A DNA stretch of 56,091 nt, the filler included, from Dirinaria sp. TL-2023a (lineage: Eukaryota): NCBI GenBank assembly GCA_051941275.1. It is 4 parts of 4 records of this genome, joined end to end, with 100 filler letters (N's around TTAATTAATTAA, not from the genome) between each part and the next. Parts side by side here need not be neighbours in the genome. Positions count along the whole stretch, not along the records: positions 1 to 13,961 come from JAVEBF010000635.1; positions 14,062 to 28,006 come from JAVEBF010000636.1; 2 more parts are not named here. One strand, given 5' to 3'. The notes under the pieces were generated by a model. That model did not search any database and was not told the origin of the DNA. It saw nothing but the letters and a program-made list of their open reading frames with translations. Positions 9,951 through 22,299 of this stretch are shown one piece after another. Both the position numbers and the translations under genes were made by a program. The stretch's first letter is position 1; the number at the start of each line of letters is the position of its first letter.

Positions 9951-12820
9951 ATGGAACATACCGTCTCAAAGTCCATAGAGAGTCACTCATCACCCGGCCT
10001 TCCTATTTCTAGACATCGCCAAATTTCAGCGAGCGCCTCAGCTGTATGCTTTGACAAACGGCCAGCTATTAAACGAGAAGCGAGGCGTAACCGGACGGCT
10101 TCGAATCAAGCACTATCCATCGATGCCGGTTTACCGTCCCCACCTACTTCTGACTGCGAAGAGTCCGGAGGTTTAGAAGATGAAAGTATCGCTGCAGTTC
10201 GTAAGGCTTTGAAAGGCTTTCATTGCTCACGTCATACGTCTCTCGCAAGTCACCTGGGGTCTCCCCCTCAATCTGATTCTGATGAAGCATGCGGTCCCTC
10301 CATAAAGAAGGAAAATAGCTTGCATGTAGATAGGAGACGACCTCGACGGCCTCTAAAGTCCACTTTTCAAGACGGCCCATCCGATGCCAAGCGGCCTGCG
10401 CCGCCCATAGGCTCGACAGATGATGAAAGTGACTCGCCGCCCGAAGTCACTCCTTTTCCTCTTCAGCCTTCACCAATTACAACAAGAGATGATCTTGGAC
10501 TTTCGAGGCCCGAAAAGAAGAGGATCAAGCGCAGATGCATCTCCACCGGCACACATTATCATCGTCCCACCAGCACTCCTGACAGGTTCATAGCGCATCG
10601 GGCCGCGTCACAAGATGCTTCGCATAGCTTCCATGTCACTAAAAAAGCAAATGAGCTCTCGCAGAGCGAAAGACTATTCCGTCACAATCTAACAGCTCCC
10701 GACCCTTTTGGCTCACCCATGCCTGCAAATAATGGGAGAAGACGTATAGCAAGCAGCCCGATTAGAAATGCAAGTCGATTCTCTTCACGCGCTATAAGCG
10801 GCACAAATTTGCTCAGTCTTGCAAGTAATGCTTTAAGTACGCAGACGCGACAAATCAGTACTGGAGCCGTGTGGAATGTAGGGGGCTCATCGACAACCGT
10901 GCCTTCAACGCCAATCAGTGGTATCGATAGCGGTCGCGGCGGGATGATTGGTAGTGGTACGAATGCGCCAATGTATACGTCTCGCTTCTTCGAGAAAGAG
11001 AGCCCTGATCAAGATAGAGGCAGGCTGGAAAGCAGACTCGCTGCTGCGCTTGAGATAGACCAGGCCTCCAGAGTGCTCAGCCACTCCCAGTCACCAGCAA
11101 GAAGCAAAGCAGCTACAGATGCCGCTGGGCTTAGTTCTAGATCTTCAGACTCGCAGCAAAGGACTGTTTGGAGAGATGGACAGTGGGTCCTCCCGGTTTC
11201 CTCATCACGTAAGCATCAAGGACAATTCTCTATACTGTACTGTTTTATAGCTATTCATAGCCCTTTTATAATCTCTGCGAAAGCCTAAGTTATAGTGCCA
11301 CACGATGCTAATGTCATCCAGCGAGCCGTAGGCCTCCGGCAGAAGAGGTCAGGGCTGTCCCTGCTACACCGTTCAGATAAGTCCAGCAAGTTCCCCAACT
11401 TGATGCTTTCTGAGTTTATGGCACAGTTCTAGATGCTCCGCAATTACGCGATGATTACTATTGCTCTGTTTTGGCGTACAGTGAGACTTCGCGAACTCTT
11501 GCGGTAGGCCTTGGCAACAGAGTCTATCTCTGGTCTGAAGGCTCAGGTGTGCAGTATCCACTACTATGCGAAGTGGACCGGCGCAATACGTACGTGACTT
11601 CCTTATCATTTTCATCTACGGCAGGCGGCCACAGCATACTTGCAATAGGACGCAACGATGGAAATCTCGCGTTATTGAGTCTGCATGAGCAAGGCATCAA
11701 ATATGAGACTGTGGTGCCGAATGCCGTCGCCTGCCTTGCGTTCAAGCCGGTGACCACTCGGCGGTCGTCCCTACGTTTTGGTATGCCGGTTGAGACCGAA
11801 GAGCTCCTGCTAGGAGACGAGCTTGGCTACGTATATTACTACTCTATTGAATGGATGACAGATCATCAAGTGGCTGTGCATGGATGGACGGGGGCAACCA
11901 CGCTGGTAGCAAAGATCAACGTCCACAGTCAACAGATTTGTGGTCTGGCATGGTCACCAGATGGGGAGTACTTTGCGACCGGAGCTAATGACAACGCATG
12001 CTGTCTGTTCAGAGTCAAAGATATCTTCAAAGACGCGGGTCCTGGGTGTGGGCCGGCATCACCTCCAAACAAAGCACTACAGACAGTGATGGCGAACCTT
12101 GGTCTTGTTAACGAGATACATCCTCAGTCGCCAAATCATCAAATTGGATTCAAAGGCTCAAAGTCCTCGTCAGTTAAAGAAGATTCGCACCCATCTGGAG
12201 GACAATCCGCATTCACGGCAACCCAGGGCAATGTGCTCGAGATTCTCGACGGATGTCAAAAGCACAAATGGTTACACAGTGCTGCCATCAAGGCCATTGC
12301 GTTCTGCCCTTGGCAGCGCGGCTTGATAGCCACCGGCGGAGGCTCCAATGATCGAGCGATCCACTTCTACCACACATTCTCGGGAGCATGTCTGGCAACA
12401 ATCGATGTCCAAGCGCAAGTCACGTCTTTGATATGGTCAACCAGCCGGCGAGAAATCGCAGCTACGTTCGGCTACGCGCAACCAGATCACCCTTATCGGA
12501 TTGCTGTCTTTTCGTGGCCCGAGTGCCGCCAGGTCGTCGCCATTCCTTGGGCCAATGAAATGCGCGCTTTGCTGGCTATCGCTTATCCCGGGGGGCCGAA
12601 TGAGACTAGTCGGCAAGCAGGAGAAGGCGAGGCGTGGTGGTCGCGCACTGCGGAAGAGGGATGCATCGTTGTGGCGTCATCGGATGAATCGGTCAAGTTC
12701 CACGAGGTCTGGATTGGGGCTAAGAAATCGACGGGAGGAAGACTGGGGCTGCTCGGCGGTAGTGATATTCTTGAGGGCTTGGAGGGTATTGATAAGGAGG
12801 GCACTGAGATTATTCGCTAA
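9951..12820 (+). CDS. AMA1: Cdc20/Fizzy-family WD40 APC/C activator, Ama1-like (meiosis-type), 3 exons
   Basis: Exons 9951-11208, 11322-11376, 11425-12820. C-box-like DRFIAHR, PFRVLDAPQLRDDYYCSVLAYS, HSQQICGLAWSPDG, HSAAIKAIAFCPWQRGLIATGGGSNDR, QVTSLIWS and a C-terminal IR tail (EIIR*). The long S/P-rich N-terminus suggests the Ama1-like subfamily rather than Cdc20/Cdh1. Confidence 0.85.
11377..11424 (+). other. Putative non-canonical AT-AC intron (48 nt, U2-like) in the Ama1-like gene
   Basis: ATAAGTCC...TTTCTGAGTTTATGGCAC. Removal joins TTC AG|A GTT CTA GAT GCT CCG = FRVLDAP in frame. I found no GT-AG pair in this interval that restores both frame and motif. Confidence 0.75.
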
Positions 12821-13961
12821 GTATATATTACCTTACTTTGATGCTCTTCACGAAAGATGCTACCGGTACCTCTAATGCACTGCTCCGCTGCCAGGTGTGA
12901 AGTTCTGAGGTCTGCCAGACTATCTCTATCGTTGGAGTCTTGGCTTATTGACGATAGCCGGGACTTAATCATCGTCAACCTTTTGTACTCTATACATCAT
13001 CCCTACCAAGCTACGTGCCCAAATCACGACGCACATTCACAGACCTTCCTTCTACTTTAACATATTGGGAATTTCTCGAACCTCCGACTTCGATTAGCTT
13101 TCTGTCGCCCCCCAAAATCGACTCCTCATATGATCTCCATTCCATTTCTTCACTTTGACACCCGATCTTGCTTCGAGATGGGCGAACCTCCTAGTCATTT
13201 ACATGCATGCGGAAATTTTGCCGGATTGGAGATCATTTTGAGCGGCGTTTCTTCTTTGTTATATGAAAATGGAAGTAGGTGACCATGTCCTATTTTGCCT
13301 CTACATGGCTTAGGGATCCTTTCTTTTCTGACAGAAAACTGAGTCTTAGGCTAGACTGGGTTTGAGACTCATTTGAAGGGGAAAGAAAAAGGAAAAAAGG
13401 AGTGGGAACGCGGAGCTGTATCTTAAGTGGTGTTTTGGTTTCGTATCTTCTGATTGAGGTTCAATTCATGTCTGGGGCTCGCGCTCTAGGCTACTTATAA
13501 TATCTCTACAGTATCCCAGTCTTCTATATATCATCATCGAACCCAATATCTCTTTATTCATGTACTTTTTGATTTTAGATTGGATTTTATCGGGCTTGAA
13601 TTAGTCTATTGTAATCAGAGGACGCGAAAAAATAATTAATTGGCTTCGCTGCTCTTAGTATATGTAGATCTTATCTTGATGCTGATGGGTTTTGTGGTCT
13701 GGATACCTTTGCCTAATATCGTATATATACTTATGTCACTATGCGAGCTTGATGTAGTCCATGCTGAGCTGCTCTACCAGCTGACGCTGTTCTTCTCTGA
13801 CTCTGTTGGTCAACGTTTAAATCTATCCTTATCTATCCCTGTACCCCATTACCTCGCAAAACCCCTTGATTTCACTAATCCCACCATAGAAGCACCATTT
13901 CCAGTTCGATATATCCCGTGCAAGCGGCCACGGACCAGGGACAAAAGATGGGTTTTGCGGT

Positions 13962-14061
13962 NNNNNNNNNNNNNNNNNNNNNNNNNNNNNNNNNNNNNNN
14001 NNNNNTTAATTAATTAANNNNNNNNNNNNNNNNNNNNNNNNNNNNNNNNNNNNNNNNNNNN
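13962..14061. other. Artificial contig-joining linker (N44-TTAATTAATTAA-N44)
   Basis: Exactly 100 nt with a central six-frame stop cassette; identical to the other two linkers. Confidence 0.97.
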
Positions 14062-14335
14062 ATTATTTGCTCTCTCTCCACTCTGATTCTTTCCGAAGAC
14101 TATACAAAAGATTAGAAAAACTAAGATATATTTGGAACGGCTAAATGCATATACACCGGAATTGGGTCTTCCAGTCTGCACGGGGCTGAAGCCCCAAGAA
14201 CCCTGCCAACCAGCCAGCCAGCCGGAAACAACGCCACCTATGCCATGCTATGCCCCCCGCTCCTATGGAACCCTACCATTTTTTTTATACAAAAACACGC
14301 GCCTGGCTAAATGTTCTCCCCCGGCCGCCCCTCAT

Positions 14336-15663
14336 TTACAGTCTCCCGCCACGGGCCCTGAATCTCTCGCCCGTGCTGGGAATCGGTTTCTCCAGCCTCA
14401 AAGCCCAGAGGAGGAGATCCTCGAGGGGCAGGAGGGCGAGGAAGATGGAATTGCAGAGGTATGCGAACAAGGCGACGACGGTGGCCATGAGGGCATCCAT
14501 CCAATAGTGGTTCGCGGTCGCGACGATGGTCACGAGGATCATGCCCGGGTAGCCCAGGCCGACGCAGATGTAGAAGAGCTTCCAGGGCCAGGATTTGCGG
14601 ACCTCGCCCTTTTCGAGCGTGCGCCGGAAGATGCCGGCGTGGTAGATCATGGTGCAGCCGATGACGAAGGCGTACCCGAAATGCATCGATGGCATCGCGG
14701 CCAGGGAATTGACGTAGTCGCCGGACATGAAGATCGAGGTGGCGTTGTCGTGCCGCACCGAGTCCAGGAAGCCGTATTCGGGCGGGAGCAGGCGCGGCGG
14801 CATGCACGGGTAGAGAGTGAAGGTTAGGAATGCGAAGAGGTTTGTGAGGGTGAGGGTCCGGCGGATCGTGGCGAAGGTAGGATGGGAGGGCGCGATGTAG
14901 TAGTACCACGCTATGAAGCCCACGGTTCCTGGAATATGGATAAGAGCATAGGCACGGTTGAGGATGGTCAACGCAGTTTGATGATCGCTCATGAACCACA
15001 TCTGCACGTCGTGTTCTCGCCACGGGAACAAAAGTTTGAGGGGCCCGTATTGCTCGAATTCGAGGACTTGCAGACCATGGTCTTCGGCCACTTGCCATAT
15101 CTCTTCAGAAAATATCTTTTGAGAGATGACTTTCGTCATGCGGTAGAAGAGGTAGGTGATGATCCAATAGAACATCTCGATTAAGAATGGGAACTTTTGC
15201 AGGATGCGGCTGTGAAAGTGGTTGGCGAATCGTGAGGTGTTGGGGGTATACAGAGCGAGGCCACAGAATCTCCGTCGCTTGGGAAGTTGTTTTGAGGATG
15301 CTGTTGGTTCTTGTGCGTCGTCATTATTGTCCGGGTCATACCACAATAGGTCTTCGGCCGAGCTCGCCGGATCATCGTCGTCGAGTAGGGAATCATAGTG
15401 GCCTTTTCGCTTGCCAAAGATTGGGTAATTTTTCCGCCTTGTCATCACCATAGCCCACACGAGGATGCTGAGAACAATCTTCGCTCATTAGCATAAAAAT
15501 TGACCCAGGGCATTGGTTGTCATACTAAAGGCTCTCCCCATGGCGGCAGCTGGTACATGGGCTTGCTATTCCATTCCGGCGGCGTCTCGCTGATTGTAAG
15601 ATTTGGATTCGCCGCCGTCACATTCGTAACGTCTAGGCGCCGCACAAGTTGATCGAAGGCCAT
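14336..15663 (-). CDS. PAP2_3-family integral membrane protein (inositolphosphotransferase/AUR1-IPT1-like), 2 exons
   Basis: Exons 15663-15526 and 15478-14336 (47-nt GTATGA...GCTAAT...AAG intron). Several hydrophobic helices and the motifs YPCMPPRLLP, NSLAAMPSMHFGY and ATANHYWMDA. Confidence 0.85.
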
Positions 15664-16302
15664 GTTCCTTTCTTGAGCCACGGCGTGTTGGGACAGTCCT
15701 TTGGACGAACTTTCACCGGGTGCGCATCTGAGTTTTTGGACTCGCGAATCGTATAGCTACTGGAACTAGGGACGAGAAATGGTCAACATCTGTTTAACAT
15801 CAGAAATTCATTCTGGTGAGTTTATTTGGGGATAATTTCGAAGATTGGCGAGCTATACGTACCTATATCGTGATTTCGGTTGGGAATCGGATCCGAGACG
15901 GTATGGACAGTTATTGGTGTTGAGGCTATGCCGATCTCACATTGAGGAAAAAGGAGACCCCAGATCTGTCGGCTGTACTGCAAACCGGGTCAGATGTCTA
16001 GAGGAGAAGGCGGAATGCGATCGAGGAGAAAGAAAATACCAAGAGGAGAAAGTTAAAAAGGTGTCGTCACCAGTACGAACATAAAGTAAGTCTTACCTTT
16101 CTGTAGCTGAGATCAGGAGTCAAAGTCGGGGTCGGAGTCGGAGCGAAGGTACTCCTATAGTCCTACTCCTACCCTTTCCTACCGCCCTTTTCCTCACTCT
16201 AGTCCTTAGTCCTTACTCAGCCCTCCCTTGGCTCTTGGCGGAGATTAATTTATTATTCTTGGCCGTTGCGCAGCGGCTCAAGCCACGTGTGGCGCCACCA
16301 AC

Positions 16303-16330
16303 CGTTAAACCTGCTCGTTAAACCTGCTCG
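16303..16330 (+). repeat. 13-bp tandem duplication (CGTTAAACCTGCT x2)
   Basis: Directly visible in the intergenic region. Confidence 0.8.
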
Positions 16331-17100
16331 GCCCGATGTTGCCGATTCTTTGCTTTTCTCACGCGATCAAACTACATGTGTGTATTTGACCTCATCAAAA
16401 GCACCAAATCCTTATCGTCGGCACCACAATTCGTCCATTGGTGGCCTGATCATCAATAAGGTGCTGAGACAGATTGGACGCCGTCTTTTTTCGCTAACGG
16501 TACCTTCGTAATCCAAGGCGTACGGTTAGATAGACACTGCGCACAGATCAATCCGGATAGTCGGGTGGAGGCCTTCCAATCCATTACGAGAATACGCTCT
16601 GGGAAGACGCTGTTGATGAACCAGCAGTCATGGAGGAAGGCCACGGATTAAATAATACGTCATAGCCTGTTGTAGGTTCCTTTTTTTTTTTTTTTTGTCT
16701 TTCCTTTTTGGGATGGATGTTGAGCTGGTGCAGCCTTCATATTCTCCGGCAACATCCTGGATTCAATAGATTCTATACTAGTCTCCTTCCTCTGTGCAGT
16801 CCAAGAATATTCCTGGCAAGCAGCGTGATCATACAATTCTCATCTGGAAAATTTACTCAGCAGTCAATTAATTCTGCTTGCTTAGATATGTACATTGGAT
16901 CTTGCTACCAACTGTAAACCGTCGGTATTTTACTTTCATGCTCTCCCGGTCCTAGGCCCTTCACCTGGGATATCTACCTTACGACCTCCCGAATCTCCGC
17001 GCTCCGTGCAGATAGCGCCAATCTATGCTAGATGAATTGCAGCAAATCCCTAATCTCTAATGTATCGTGAGTGTTTTGCCCTCCTGGAGCCAGAAGCCGA

Positions 17101-20100
17101 TCAGCCTGAGAACCGAAACCTGGTGGCTTCTAATCTTCCGAGCCCGTCTCTCGGCGCAACATTCCTTCGACGGTATGAATTGGAAAAATCTGGAAGCTGG
17201 TTAGCGTCTTCCTCTTGGCGCTAAAGGACAATGCTCGCAAGCTACACAAACCTTGCAGCACCACTCTCACTTTTCGCATTTCTCCTGATTGAATATGCTG
17301 CCCAATGCTACTCATCAATCTGTCTGCCTCGCCTGCCTTGACTGTACCTGCGGGTAGCAAGCCTATAGTACCCTTGACCCACACTGCGGTCTCTTGCGGC
17401 ATGGTCTCGAAAAGAGCAAGTAACACCCCTGAAGCATCTGCAAAACAATCTCGAGGAAAATGGAACATCATGCCGGTCAGTACTCGTTGTACAAGACCCT
17501 CTCCTTGTGAGCTCACTAATCGTTTCACGGCTTGCTGGATCTCTGGAGGGTTTCGTGGCTGGGAGCCGCGCTCACGAGCATCGAAGGACGACGAATTGGG
17601 GTTATCGGTCCCATAGCTGAGGAAGTCGCGGAGGAAATGTAAGGTAGCTGTGAGAGGGGCATATTGCTGTAAGGTTAGGGTACTGATGGCGGCCGAGATG
17701 ATTGGTTCGCATATGGATGCTGCGAGCAGTTGCTGGTGGTAGTAAATTAGGGCATCAACTAGTAGTCGGAAGAAGTCTTCGATTACTGTACAGCTCATTA
17801 GTTGCTGGGGATTAGCGTTCGTAGAACCCAACGTACCATCGGGTAAATCGCTAGCTGGTAGATTGTTCATGATGCGGAGGAATGCAATGGCTTGGGTCTC
17901 GAAGAAGCTGTAAATGGCTTGTGAAGTGGCTGGATCCACGTATTCAGCGCCGACTGCAAACTCTCGGAGGACTGAATCTGTGGCCCAGAGAAAACAACCT
18001 TGTTTTGTGGTCTGAAAGCCGGTAGCTAGCTGCCGCGCAAGGGTCGATAGCAGAGGTAGGATTGCTGTCCGATATGACAACACCATGTTCCGCCAGCACC
18101 GGCACACAGTCTCAAGGATGGCTACCGAGTCGGTGAAGTTTTCTGCAAGGGCCGACATGATCGGAAGGATTTCCTGGCAGTACTTCACTGCTGGATTTTC
18201 CTCCCCAGGTGATACATAAGGCTGGATGTTCTGTACAAATGTTGTCACCAAACCCAGTGTGTCTAAAGATTGAGCATTAGCCATTTTCCAAAGAATTAAG
18301 ACAGAAAGAGCCATGTACCTGCAACTGCTAGGCGGCTCTTATTATCGCGGTCCTGCTGGGTTTTTGCTTCACTCGCAAGGGCCATAACTCTCTTGATGAT
18401 ATGATCGCAGAAAAGCTTGAATAATGGATATATTTTATTAAGGGGCTGCACGGAGATAACGCATGCTACGCCCTCGGTGACTTCCTCTTGGCTAGCCGTC
18501 GGGAGTTTGTCGATGACGGATACGTAGAAGCCGTGAAGTTGTTCGACGTGGTCTTGCAGAAGTTTCTTACAATCGGCTCCAAAAAATCTGAACGCAAGCG
18601 CGGCCGCCCTCACAACTTCCTTGGAGCTATGGTTGAATCCAGCAATAACAAAATTCAACTGGGGTTGCAGGAATTCTGGATGTTGAGCAGTCCAATCCGT
18701 ATACCGTCCGACAGCCATAATCGCTTGAAATCGAAGTTTCTCATGGTTGGGTATTTGTACGATAAGCGGTATCACTTGTCGGAGAACGACGTCTTCCTCT
18801 GGAGATACGTTTCGCCCCATGGCTCGCAAGCTAAATAAGGGCGCTTCCAGTTCTTGCCAATGAGGTACCTTGTCGTCAGTGGCCTGCGGACCCCATTGCG
18901 AAACCCACTGTCTTATCAGGTTGAAGACCTTCCCCAAGCACTCCGTAACTGTAATCATATCGCAGCAGTCTTTTAAAACATCGCCCATCTGATGCCGGAA
19001 TTCACGAAACTTCTCTTCCTGCTCCCGATCTCCATCGAATAGGTCGTTTTCATCTGGTCCTTCCGGAGTAGGAAACTCGAGATGCTTGACCATAACATCG
19101 ACAAGCTTTGCAATTACATCTGCGTAAACGTTTCGCGCTTCTTTATACTTGTCAAGGGTAACCATCTGTTTGAATTCGTACCAGAACAAGAATGTCAGTC
19201 CCACGGCTTCTCGATCTCGGTCACGTCCGCAACATTCCAATATTGCTTCGACAAGGCCACGAAACTCATTAGGCAGCCGTGCAATCATGACCGTCCATGC
19301 TTCACCGGCTTCAGCGAAAATCCTTGTGAGCCCTTTAAATTGATCAGAATCCCCCGTTTCCGCAGCTTCGGCAAGTTTCGGTCGTAAAGCCAAAATTCTC
19401 GGGTATATTAGCTGGATGATTTCGATAGACTCATCAACCTCCCTGGTATCTTTGAAAATCGTACACATGCAGTCAACTGCTGCGTCAAAAGATGAATCGT
19501 TTGAAAGGGCGTTGACAATGGTGTCGAAGAGTGGTGAATTAACCACATCAGCTGCTGGAATTTCTCGGAGCCATGAAGAGACACATTCGAGTAGCTGGGG
19601 GTTCGAGGCTGCGCTGGCTGCTTTACGCTCAGTCTGTGCCATGCCAAGGTTCTTGTAACTTACATGACGACCGAGAATATTGTGTCAGCAGAAGTAATAC
19701 CTGAGCGGAATTGTGCTCTAGCAGCTCGGTCGCTCGATCTGATAATTCATCTTCCTAGAGTTGGAAAGTCTCTTAGCTGACGATCATGATGCCTAAGGAT
19801 TCAGCCTGACGATACGAAGGCCATGCTTGACGTACCGACAAGTTTATTTTTCTTCCCTCAGTAACCTCCTCGGGGAGAACTTTTAGAAACTCAAGTACAC
19901 AATCACCAGCTTGGTTTCCCAGGGTTGACCCCACGACCTGCAGCACATCCTTCCATTCCGTCATTTGTATCGCCAAACTTGCCAGGCAAACGCACAATTG
20001 AGTTCTTATCGGGCGAGGACCATCTCGGAACGCTCCAAGGAGAGCGAGCAACGAATCTCTTAGGCCGTACAATGATGGTCGAGGAAGTTGGTCAAGATCG

Positions 20101-20443
20101 TAGGTGATCTGGGATTATGAGTATGTCGACAAGCGGTCGAGATAGGTCTTGTGAGTGGAATGCGTACTTTGCCCTTCAATGTTGTGGCGGCAAAGAGCTT
20201 GGCCTCAGATGTCGCATCCGATGTAGACAGCATTGAGTGCGTGACTGTCCATGCTTCTGCCTGTATCGAGTGAGCAGTCAAATCTCTGAACCGGGGGTAA
20301 TGTCCCAATCGCCCTTTACGTACTGATTTCTGGAACTTTTCAAGGTAATCATGCGCTTGGGACTTTTGAGAGCGGTCGGCGTTGCTCTGCAAGCTTGACA
20401 AAGCTACTAGAACGTCCGAAGACGTTTTTTGCTCACTGGACAT
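17101..20443 (-). CDS. MTR10: Importin-beta family transportin-SR / Mtr10, 8 exons
   Basis: Exons 20443-20324, 20260-20168, 20108-19836, 19754-19664, 19620-18319, 18262-17837, 17785-17252, 17189-17101. AHDYLEKFQKS, KLFAATTLKGK, GPRPIRTQLCVCLASLAIQM, FREFRHQMGDVLKDCC, WQELEAPLFSLRAMG and C-terminal DFSNSYRRRNVAPRDGLGRLEATRFRFSG. Confidence 0.92.
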
Positions 20444-20490
20444 CACGCTGCTCCAGAATTCCACAGCTATAAGGAATGTGCGCTGAGCTT

Positions 20491-20516
20491 AGAGTGGGGA
20501 AGCAGAGTGGGGAAGC
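20491..20516 (+). repeat. 13-bp tandem duplication (AGAGTGGGGAAGC x2) in the MTR10/SME1 divergent promoter
   Basis: Directly visible. Confidence 0.8.
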
Positions 20517-20927
20517 GAGCTGTTGCTAGCAGTTCCAACATGGATGATGCACCTTCCACGTAGAAGGGAGTGTAGCTAAGTCCTCCAGGGCGCAGACTTG
20601 ATCCTTTCACAGGACCCTAGAATCATAATCGGGGGTTCGAAAAGCATCGAAAATGATTTACAGATTGAACGTCATTTGTCACAATAATCGGAAGCGAGGT
20701 CGATAAAATGTATGAGCAAACACTAGCATCGGTAAAATTTTCGGGCCGAGTCTCAAGTACAACCACGAACTTCGAGCTCTCCATACAAACTAACGTTTCT
20801 ACAGTATTCACAGATTGGCCCACATCACAGCGTGTAGAACCATTTGCCATCGAGGTACCAGACGGCGCCCGAAGGAATCGCGCGCGCTCTGAAGCAGACA
20901 GCAGGTTATCATTGAACAAGTCGTACC

Positions 20928-21329
20928 ATGACAGGGCGAGGTGGAGGAGGTGGCAGGGGAAAGGTCCTTCTACCGCCGATAAATTTTATTTTCAAACTCT
21001 TACAACAACATTCGACCGTCTCAATCTGGCTATACGAGCAATTAGCGATTCGGATAGAGGGCAAAATTAGGGTAAGCTTTTCTCTTTCTCGGGAGTCAGC
21101 CACGGATGCCTAGCTAACCAGAGTATTGACAGGGTTTCGATGAATTTATGAATCTGGTCATTGACGATGCTGTTGAGGTCAAGCAAGCCTCGAAGACAGA
21201 AGAGGAACAGCGAAGGGAATTAGGTAGAAGCTCTGGTATTTGGATACACTGAGTGATAGTGCTGATGCGTAAGCAGGTCAAATCTTGCTGAAAGGAGACA
21301 ACGTGTCTCTTATACAGTCGCTCCAATGA
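20928..21329 (+). CDS. SME1: Small nuclear ribonucleoprotein SmE, 3 exons
   Basis: Exons 20928-21071, 21133-21223, 21277-21329 give ...[49 protein letters not shown]...LGQILLKGDNVSLIQ (Sm1/Sm2 motifs). Confidence 0.96.
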
Positions 21330-21461
21330 CCAAGGAGTAACTTCTATTCAATGGATAATCCCAGCTATCCAGGCTGTATTTGTAGCATGGAGTATCGGAA
21401 AGACCGTAAAAAAGTATCCGGTTTTGTTTGGCTTGGCAAGGGATTACCACGGCCATCATTC

Positions 21462-22299
21462 TCAGCGAATGACTCTACCATTACCTACAATCAAAGCGTC
21501 TACTCGCCAATCCGTATCGCTCATGGGAACAGACTGTTCTTCAGGCAGGACTTGCTCCTCGAGCGCTAAGCCCACTGAATACATAAGTTGTCAGAAATCC
21601 AAACGCTTGCTGCACAGAGGCTGGAGAACCGTACCTAAGAAAGGCATTTCACTTTTCTGTCCGGCCGATGCAACAAGATCCTCATAACGCTGCAAGAAGA
21701 AATCGTAAAAGCCCTTCCCATGTCCCAGCCGCCCGCGGTTAGTGTCAAAAGCCACTCCTGGCATTATGATGAGATCTAGGTTTTCAGTGGCATATGTGGA
21801 TGGTGTTTTCTTCTCAGATTCATCCTCGCCCAGACAGTGCTTCCTCTCTGCAATTGTATCCTGGCTTGGGGTCGGTATGCCCCATGCATCCGGTCGAAGA
21901 GATTCGTAATCGGCCTTCGTGTGCAAAGAAACCATGTTCATCCGAGACCTGGGTTTTCCAGGCTCGGCGGACACTGACTTATGCAAGTAAGGGACAAATA
22001 TTTCCTTATCTTTTGAGAAAGCGTCATACACAATGCTGCTGGTGGATAGTTCTCCTTTTGGCATTGACAGATAAATACTGATGCTTCGCGCACGCTGATA
22101 TTCAGGCATGGAGGCAACCAGGTTTCCTACCATCCGCGCTGAAGGTGCAACCCCAGACTTAGCATCGCCTCCAGTGCCAGTGACGAATTGACAAACATTG
22201 ATTATCGAGTGAAGATTGCGGCATGCTCGACAGCCTGTGGCTGATAAGTCGACGAAGCTCCTTCTTGGCCACGTGAATCGTATTCATTTCATTGGTCAT
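21462..22299 (-). CDS. FAU1: 5-formyltetrahydrofolate cyclo-ligase (MTHFS), 3 exons
   Basis: Exons 22299-22197, 22138-21635, 21574-21462. AKKELRR, SISIYLSMPKGELST, DAWGIP, LDLIIMPGVAFD...RLGHGKGFYD, VGLALEEQV...DWRVD. Confidence 0.93.

Noticed and set aside
11391..11399. TTCCCCAAC resembling the U12 branch consensus TTCCTTAAC inside the AT-AC intron
   Set aside because: Two mismatches, too close to the donor, and the donor is ATAAGT rather than ATATCC, so a minor-spliceosome intron is unlikely.
14006..14017. TTAATTAATTAA as a biological repeat or piggyBac-like TTAA target
   Set aside because: Centred in identical N-runs three times; a synthetic six-frame stop linker.
14132..15098. 231-aa plus and 263-aa minus ORFs overlapping the PAP2_3 gene
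   Set aside because: Shadow ORFs caused by GC-rich third codon positions.
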